Below are positions 6,401 through 9,675 of a stretch of 9,675 nt of DNA, in pieces. A program made the position numbers and the translations under genes. Below the pieces are notes generated by a model. It did not search any database. It saw nothing but the letters and a program-made list of their open reading frames with translations, and was not told where the DNA came from. Numbering within the stretch: position 1 is the stretch's first letter; each line of letters starts with the position of its first letter. Source of the DNA: a plasmid; the sequence record CP124586.1. One strand, 5' to 3'.

Positions 6401-6492
6401 AAAATTATAACATTTTTATCCGTTTACATTACTCTGAAATTCAATTATTCGTTATAATTAAAATAAGTAGTTAATTTATATGGGGTGATTAC

Positions 6493-6699
6493 ATGTCTGA
6501 AGAAATCAAAGAAGAAAAAAGAAAATATGGTTTTTATCATCATAAAGGAAAAAACGTAAAAATAGTTTTTAAGGATGGCAAAGCAATTACGGGGAAACTT
6601 CTATTTACACCACCTTACGATATCATCATTGAAAAAGAAGATGGACGAGAAATTACGATATTTAAACATGCTGTAAAGTATGTCTATGTCATTGATTAG
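6493..6699 (+). CDS. Hfq/Sm-like small RNA-binding protein (68 aa).
   Basis: Sm1-like segment VKIVFKDGKAITGKL and Sm2-like ITIFKHAVKYV (compare Hfq VTVFLLNGxxxxGxI and LIYKHAIST). GGGGTGA RBS 5 nt upstream. Confidence 0.55.
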   Translation: MSEEIKEEKRKYGFYHHKGKNVKIVFKDGKAITGKLLFTPPYDIIIEKEDGREITIFKHAVKYVYVID

Positions 6700-6700
6700 T

Positions 6701-6729
6701 TTTACAAAGAATACTGAATGATATATAAT
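6701..6729 (+). promoter_or_regulatory. Promoter TTTACA-N17-TATAAT immediately after the Hfq-like stop codon. Predicted to drive a transcript of about 65 nt that ends at the 6764-6799 terminator.
   Basis: Near-consensus hexamers with exact 17-bp spacing read from the sequence. Confidence 0.55.
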
Positions 6730-6735
6730 AGACTT

Positions 6736-6800
6736 AACAAGGATTAGTTCCATGGAAACACCGAACCCCCTGACTGCTGGAACAGTTAGGGGGTTTTTTA
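6736..6800 (+). ncRNA. Predicted antitoxin sRNA (RNA II-like) of an Fst/par-type type I toxin-antitoxin system.
   Basis: Its own promoter gives a product of about 65 nt. It converges on the toxin gene and shares the bidirectional terminator. It contains TTCCATGGAA, whose halves (TTCCAT, ATGGAA) recur in direct DNA orientation in the toxin 5' UTR (6924-6929, 6942-6947), together with AGAC..TTA (6732-6738 and 6952-6960). This is the par-like direct-repeat arrangement that gives RNA-RNA complementarity. Confidence 0.45.
6764..6799. terminator. Bidirectional intrinsic terminator: 13-bp stem (1 mismatch) AACCCCCTGACTG / CAGTTAGGGGGTT, loop CTGGAA, then T6.
   Basis: Read from the sequence. It lies between convergent transcription units, as at the par locus. 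Confidence 0.8.
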
Positions 6801-6817
6801 GGTGCTGGTATGCCGTC

Positions 6818-6910
6818 TTACGACTTACGTTGATCTAACCAGTGAGAAAACAACGCAAGGACCACACCGACAATAATCGGCGCAACTATATTTACAAGGA
6901 TATAGTCCAT
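6818..6910 (-). CDS. fst: Fst/Ldr-family type I toxin peptide, 30 aa: MDYILVNIVAPIIVGVVLALFSHWLDQRKS.
   Basis: Found by manual reverse-complement translation; it is absent from the ORF track. Strong match to pAD1 Fst (MKDLMSLVIAPIFVGLVLEMISRVLDEEDDSRK). GGAGGTGA SD 5 nt upstream. The SD sits inside a GGAGGUGAUCUCC hairpin, followed by a second 8-bp 5'-UTR hairpin (CUUCCAUA...UAUGGAAG). A candidate -10 (TATAAT, minus strand, +strand coordinates 6965-6970) is present. Confidence 0.8.
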   Translation of the reverse strand: MDYILVNIVAPIIVGVVLALFSHWLDQRKS

Positions 6911-7072
6911 GGAGATCACCTCCTTCCATAAGATCTCGCCTATGGAAGTAAAGACGGCTTACTCATTATATCGAATTACGATGATTTCTTCTAGGTGGCT
7001 TACCTTATTCTTTTTATCACGTAAAAATGAGTGGCATAATAAGGGTAACGATAAACATCAGGAGGATATGTC

Positions 7073-7444
7073 ATGACAAATATTGATTACGAAAAAGAAA
7101 TTCAAGCGTTAGAAGAAAAGAAGAAACAACTATTGAAAGAAAAGCGTGAAAAAGATAAGAAAGAACTTCAGACCTTAAAAGAAGTCTTTGGTAAAGACTT
7201 CCCAAGAAAAGAGAATGGTAAATTTATCTCGTTAGATGAATTTAAGAAAAATTATGTCATTTCACATAAGGATCAGTCAGGGATTGATTCGAATAAATTG
7301 AATGAAGTTCAGGAAGAACTCAATCAATTAAAGAAGGCGCTGAATGGCATTGCGGATGCAATGGACGATTCAAGAGGCTACTGGCACGTGAGTGATCTTA
7401 AGGGGTTAACGAATTGGTTATCACAGTTTAGAACGAAGGGCTAA
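7073..7444 (+). CDS. Hypothetical protein (123 aa) with an N-terminal K/E-rich coiled-coil.
   Basis: AGGAGG RBS 7 nt upstream. No recognisable motif. Confidence 0.55.
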   Translation: MTNIDYEKEIQALEEKKKQLLKEKREKDKKELQTLKEVFGKDFPRKENGKFISLDEFKKNYVISHKDQSGIDSNKLNEVQEELNQLKKALNGIADAMDDSRGYWHVSDLKGLTNWLSQFRTKG

Positions 7445-7462
7445 ACTGTGATAACCAGGCTT

Positions 7463-7493
7463 ACAAAAGATACTGGTATGCAGTATCTTTTGT
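7463..7493 (+). terminator. Hairpin with a 13-bp perfect stem ACAAAAGATACTG / CAGTATCTTTTGT and loop GTATG. The U-tract lies within the 3' arm.
   Basis: Read from the sequence, 19 nt after the stop of the gene at 7073-7444. Confidence 0.5.
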
Positions 7494-7560
7494 ATCGAAT
7501 GGATTGGATTAGGATGACGTAAGTAGTCATCATATTCAAATCAATTTGATGAGGTTTTCT

Positions 7561-7613
7561 ACAAAAATCCATCCAAACATCATGTGATGTTTGGATGGAT
7601 TTTTGTATTTTAT
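7561..7613. terminator. Large hairpin with a 20-21-bp perfect stem ACAAAAATCCATCCAAACAT / ATGTTTGGATGGATTTTTGT followed by ATTTTAT. Terminator and/or relaxosome/oriT-associated structure upstream of the mob promoter.
   Basis: Exact 20-bp reverse-complement arms read from the sequence. Confidence 0.55.
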
Positions 7614-7760
7614 ATCATCTGTATATTTCGAAGAAATAGACGATGATATAAAACGAAAGGGTTAAGGGAAATACTTTTCCCTTACAAGGAGGTGAATGAT
7701 ACTTTGCGAAGCAAATGTATACATTAGCACTGCTTGACCAAAACATTTTTGTACAATTTA

Positions 7761-7769
7761 TGGTATAAT
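7761..7769 (+). promoter_or_regulatory. Extended -10 promoter TGGTATAAT, with a TTGACC hexamer at 7734-7739 (spacing non-canonical at 24 bp). Likely mob operon promoter with a leader of about 190 nt.
   Basis: TGnTATAAT read from the sequence upstream of mobC. Rests on sequence pattern alone. Confidence 0.4.
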
Positions 7770-7964
7770 TGAGATAAGCATAGTGACAGAACAATTGGAC
7801 AATAAATGTTTTGTGTTCTTGTGATGCGATGGCTGTTGTTAATCTCAAATGCGAGCGAATAGTGAGTCATTTGGATTTACAACAATCGTGTGAATGTCTG
7901 TGACCGAATAGGGAGCAGTCTGAACCGATACATCACACCACTTCGGCACGGAGTGGCGTAAAAA

Positions 7965-8408
7965 ATGACGAATGGACATGAGATATTTTTTACAGAATGG
8001 AGGGACGAACAAGTGAGCGAGACAAAGAAAAAATCAAAGATTATTTCTTTTCGAGTGAACGCAGATGAATATGATGTGATTGCTGGTACAGCTTCAAGTG
8101 CCAACTTGAACATCACATCATATTTAAAGGCGCGCGCATTAGGAGGTAAGATACATCGACCTCTGATGAAGTCAGAGGATATTCAGAGTATCTTACCACC
8201 ACTATCAAAACTTTCAGGAGAAATCAGTCGTGTCGGTAATAATATGAATCAATCGACACGTGCCTTAAAAGTCTTATCAAGAGAAACATTTTTAGGACAA
8301 CATGAAATGAATGAGGTTAAAAATTTGACTGAGGAATTCAATGCATTAAAACAAGAATTCGAAATGCTACAGAGTGAGGTGCATCAGATATGGCACAAAC
8401 TAAAGTAG
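7965..8408 (+). CDS. mobC: Mobilisation accessory protein MobC (ribbon-helix-helix, relaxosome component).
   Basis: MobC-family signature ISFRVNADEYDVIAGTASSANLNITSYLKARALG. Located immediately upstream of and overlapping the relaxase gene, as in pC221/pC223-type mob regions. Confidence 0.8.
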   Translation: MTNGHEIFFTEWRDEQVSETKKKSKIISFRVNADEYDVIAGTASSANLNITSYLKARALGGKIHRPLMKSEDIQSILPPLSKLSGEISRVGNNMNQSTRALKVLSRETFLGQHEMNEVKNLTEEFNALKQEFEMLQSEVHQIWHKLK

Positions 8409-9490
8409 CTTCATCTAAAAGTGCCACAGCATCTATTAAATATGGTCGGGATGGTAAAGATAAAGAAACATCAGAAAAAAAGTGTGTTGCGATGTCTGGC
8501 ATCAACTGTGATCCGAGTAATGCTGAATATGAGTTTGGTGTCGTCAGAAAAGCATTCAACAAAGCGAAGGTCGAAGGACAAGACATTCAGGCACATCTTA
8601 TTGAACAGTCCTTTAAAGGCCGTGAGATTGACCCTTTTGAAGTGAATCAGATGGGGTATAAACTGGCTGAACGGCTCAATGAAGAACTGGGTGGTGGCTT
8701 TCAGGCTGTCGTCTATACCCATGGCAATACAAACAATTATCATAATCATATTGTGTTTAACGCTGTAAATTTAGAGGATGGCCATAAATATCATTGTTAT
8801 CAGGAAAAGAAAATTGTCGAACGGATTAATGATGCCGTTGTAAGAGAACACGGCTATCCTGTCATTGAGAAAAATAAAGAACGTGGTACATCAGTTACGA
8901 TTAAAGAACAGAAACTTAAGGATACAGGCGAATATATATGGAAAGATGATTTACGCGACAGAATAGACAAAGCCTTTGAAAAAACAAAGGATAGCCTTCA
9001 TTTCGATTTAGAGCGCTTTAAAGCGCATTTAACTGATTTAGGTGTAAACATAAGGGAGAGGTTCAATCAGAAGCAACAAGTCACCCGTTTTTCGTATGAT
9101 TTTATCGATCAGGATGGTAAGAAGCGTGTGACACGTGAAAAAAATTTAGGAGTTGATTATGGTGCCGAGGGAATCAAATACGGATTGGAGCAAGAACGAA
9201 AATCTTACGAACAGTTTAAACAACAACAATCAGGATTCACACCTAACCCAGCAGGTAGAAAATCTGACATTGAAATACCAGAAAGCAGAGATAGCATTCA
9301 ACAGTATGCGGGACAAGTACTTGACGCTCGTATCAGAGATGCAGGCAATGAAAGAACACAACGAGAACCTCGAACAAGAGATGAACACAACCATCAACGA
9401 AAACAAAGCACTCAAGACAGAACTTCAAAAGACCATTCAGTTAAGTCAAAACAAAATAGACAACATGACCGAGGTGGACTTGAACGCTAA
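8390..9490 (+). CDS. mobA: MobA relaxase (pC221/MOBQ-type).
   Basis: N-terminus MAQTKVASSKSATASIKYG (catalytic Tyr region) and a 3-His metal motif YTHGNTNNYHNHIVFNAV. Overall collinearity with the staphylococcal pC221 MobA as I recall it. GAGGT RBS at 9 nt. Confidence 0.9.
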   Translation: MAQTKVASSKSATASIKYGRDGKDKETSEKKCVAMSGINCDPSNAEYEFGVVRKAFNKAKVEGQDIQAHLIEQSFKGREIDPFEVNQMGYKLAERLNEELGGGFQAVVYTHGNTNNYHNHIVFNAVNLEDGHKYHCYQEKKIVERINDAVVREHGYPVIEKNKERGTSVTIKEQKLKDTGEYIWKDDLRDRIDKAFEKTKDSLHFDLERFKAHLTDLGVNIRERFNQKQQVTRFSYDFIDQDGKKRVTREKNLGVDYGAEGIKYGLEQERKSYEQFKQQQSGFTPNPAGRKSDIEIPESRDSIQQYAGQVLDARIRDAGNERTQREPRTRDEHNHQRKQSTQDRTSKDHSVKSKQNRQHDRGGLER

Positions 9491-9674
9491 AAAGCTGAAA
9501 CAAACAGTTTTAACCGATATAAAACGTGATTTAAAATCTGAGATAGATAGCTACCAACAAGAACTGAATAAAGGTTATCTAAAGTCAAACATCTTTTTGA
9601 ATTATGTACCGGTCATCATCAGTCTTATTTTTGTGATATTTATTATCTATTATCTCGTAATAGGAATGCATTAG
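9153..9674 (+). CDS. mobB: MobB-like protein encoded out of frame within and beyond the 3' part of mobA, with a C-terminal hydrophobic anchor (VPVIISLIFVIFIIYYLVI).
   Basis: AGGAG RBS 6 nt upstream of the ATG at 9153. A coding-quality ORF overlapping mobA in another frame is the hallmark of pC221-family mobB. Confidence 0.6.
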   Translation: MIMVPRESNTDWSKNENLTNSLNNNNQDSHLTQQVENLTLKYQKAEIAFNSMRDKYLTLVSEMQAMKEHNENLEQEMNTTINENKALKTELQKTIQLSQNKIDNMTEVDLNAKKLKQTVLTDIKRDLKSEIDSYQQELNKGYLKSNIFLNYVPVIISLIFVIFIIYYLVIGMH

Positions 9675-9675
9675 T

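Noticed and set aside
7696-7737. 13-aa mini-ORF after AAGGAGGTGA
   Set aside because: The SD-to-ATG spacing is only 3 nt. The SD-like sequence is more likely part of the TAAGGGAAA/TTTCCCTTA hairpin region.
7615-8116. Minus-strand ORFs of 77 aa and 79 aa
   Set aside because: They lie within the hairpin- and promoter-rich mob leader and antisense to mobC, with no RBS and odd composition. They are spurious.
8338-8749. Overlapping small ORFs (82, 74 and 92 aa) around the mobC/mobA junction
   Set aside because: They are alternative-frame or antisense ORFs inside the strongly supported mobA relaxase gene.
9230-9415. 61-aa minus-strand ORF
   Set aside because: It is antisense to the overlapping mobA and mobB coding region, with no expression signals.

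Overview
This AT-rich window (about 30% GC; a few Staphylococcus-like motifs) looks like a mosaic Firmicute plasmid or mobilisable element. From left to right it carries the following. (1) A membrane/coiled-coil ORF of unknown function. (2) A winged-HTH Rep-like gene on the minus strand. (3) A minus-strand operon made of a start-less, very basic toxin-like C-terminal gene fragment followed by a frameshifted acidic immunity-like gene. (4) A catalytic-domain-only tyrosine recombinase of about 189 aa, flanked by repeated palindromic motifs (TTTAAGGTTT and ATGTAACATAAT). These motifs also bracket a small, self-contained cassette (promoter, 67-aa membrane protein, terminator). (5) A small 2-TM protein followed by a secreted-protein gene that is interrupted by an in-frame TAA immediately after its signal peptide. 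(6) An HTH/coiled-coil protein preceded by an array of ATGTACAT palindromes. (7) An Hfq/Sm-like small protein. (8) An Fst/par-type type I toxin (30 aa, not in the ORF track) with a convergent antisense RNA gene of about 65 nt that shares a bidirectional terminator. (9) A hypothetical 123-aa protein. (10) A pC221-type mobilisation module (mobC, mobA relaxase, overlapping mobB) preceded by large hairpins and an extended -10 promoter. No rRNA, tRNA or CRISPR is evident. The most unusual part is the recombinase-centred locus at about 1.9–4.4 kb: an orphan toxin/immunity cassette abuts a minimal recombinase that is ringed by lox-like sites.
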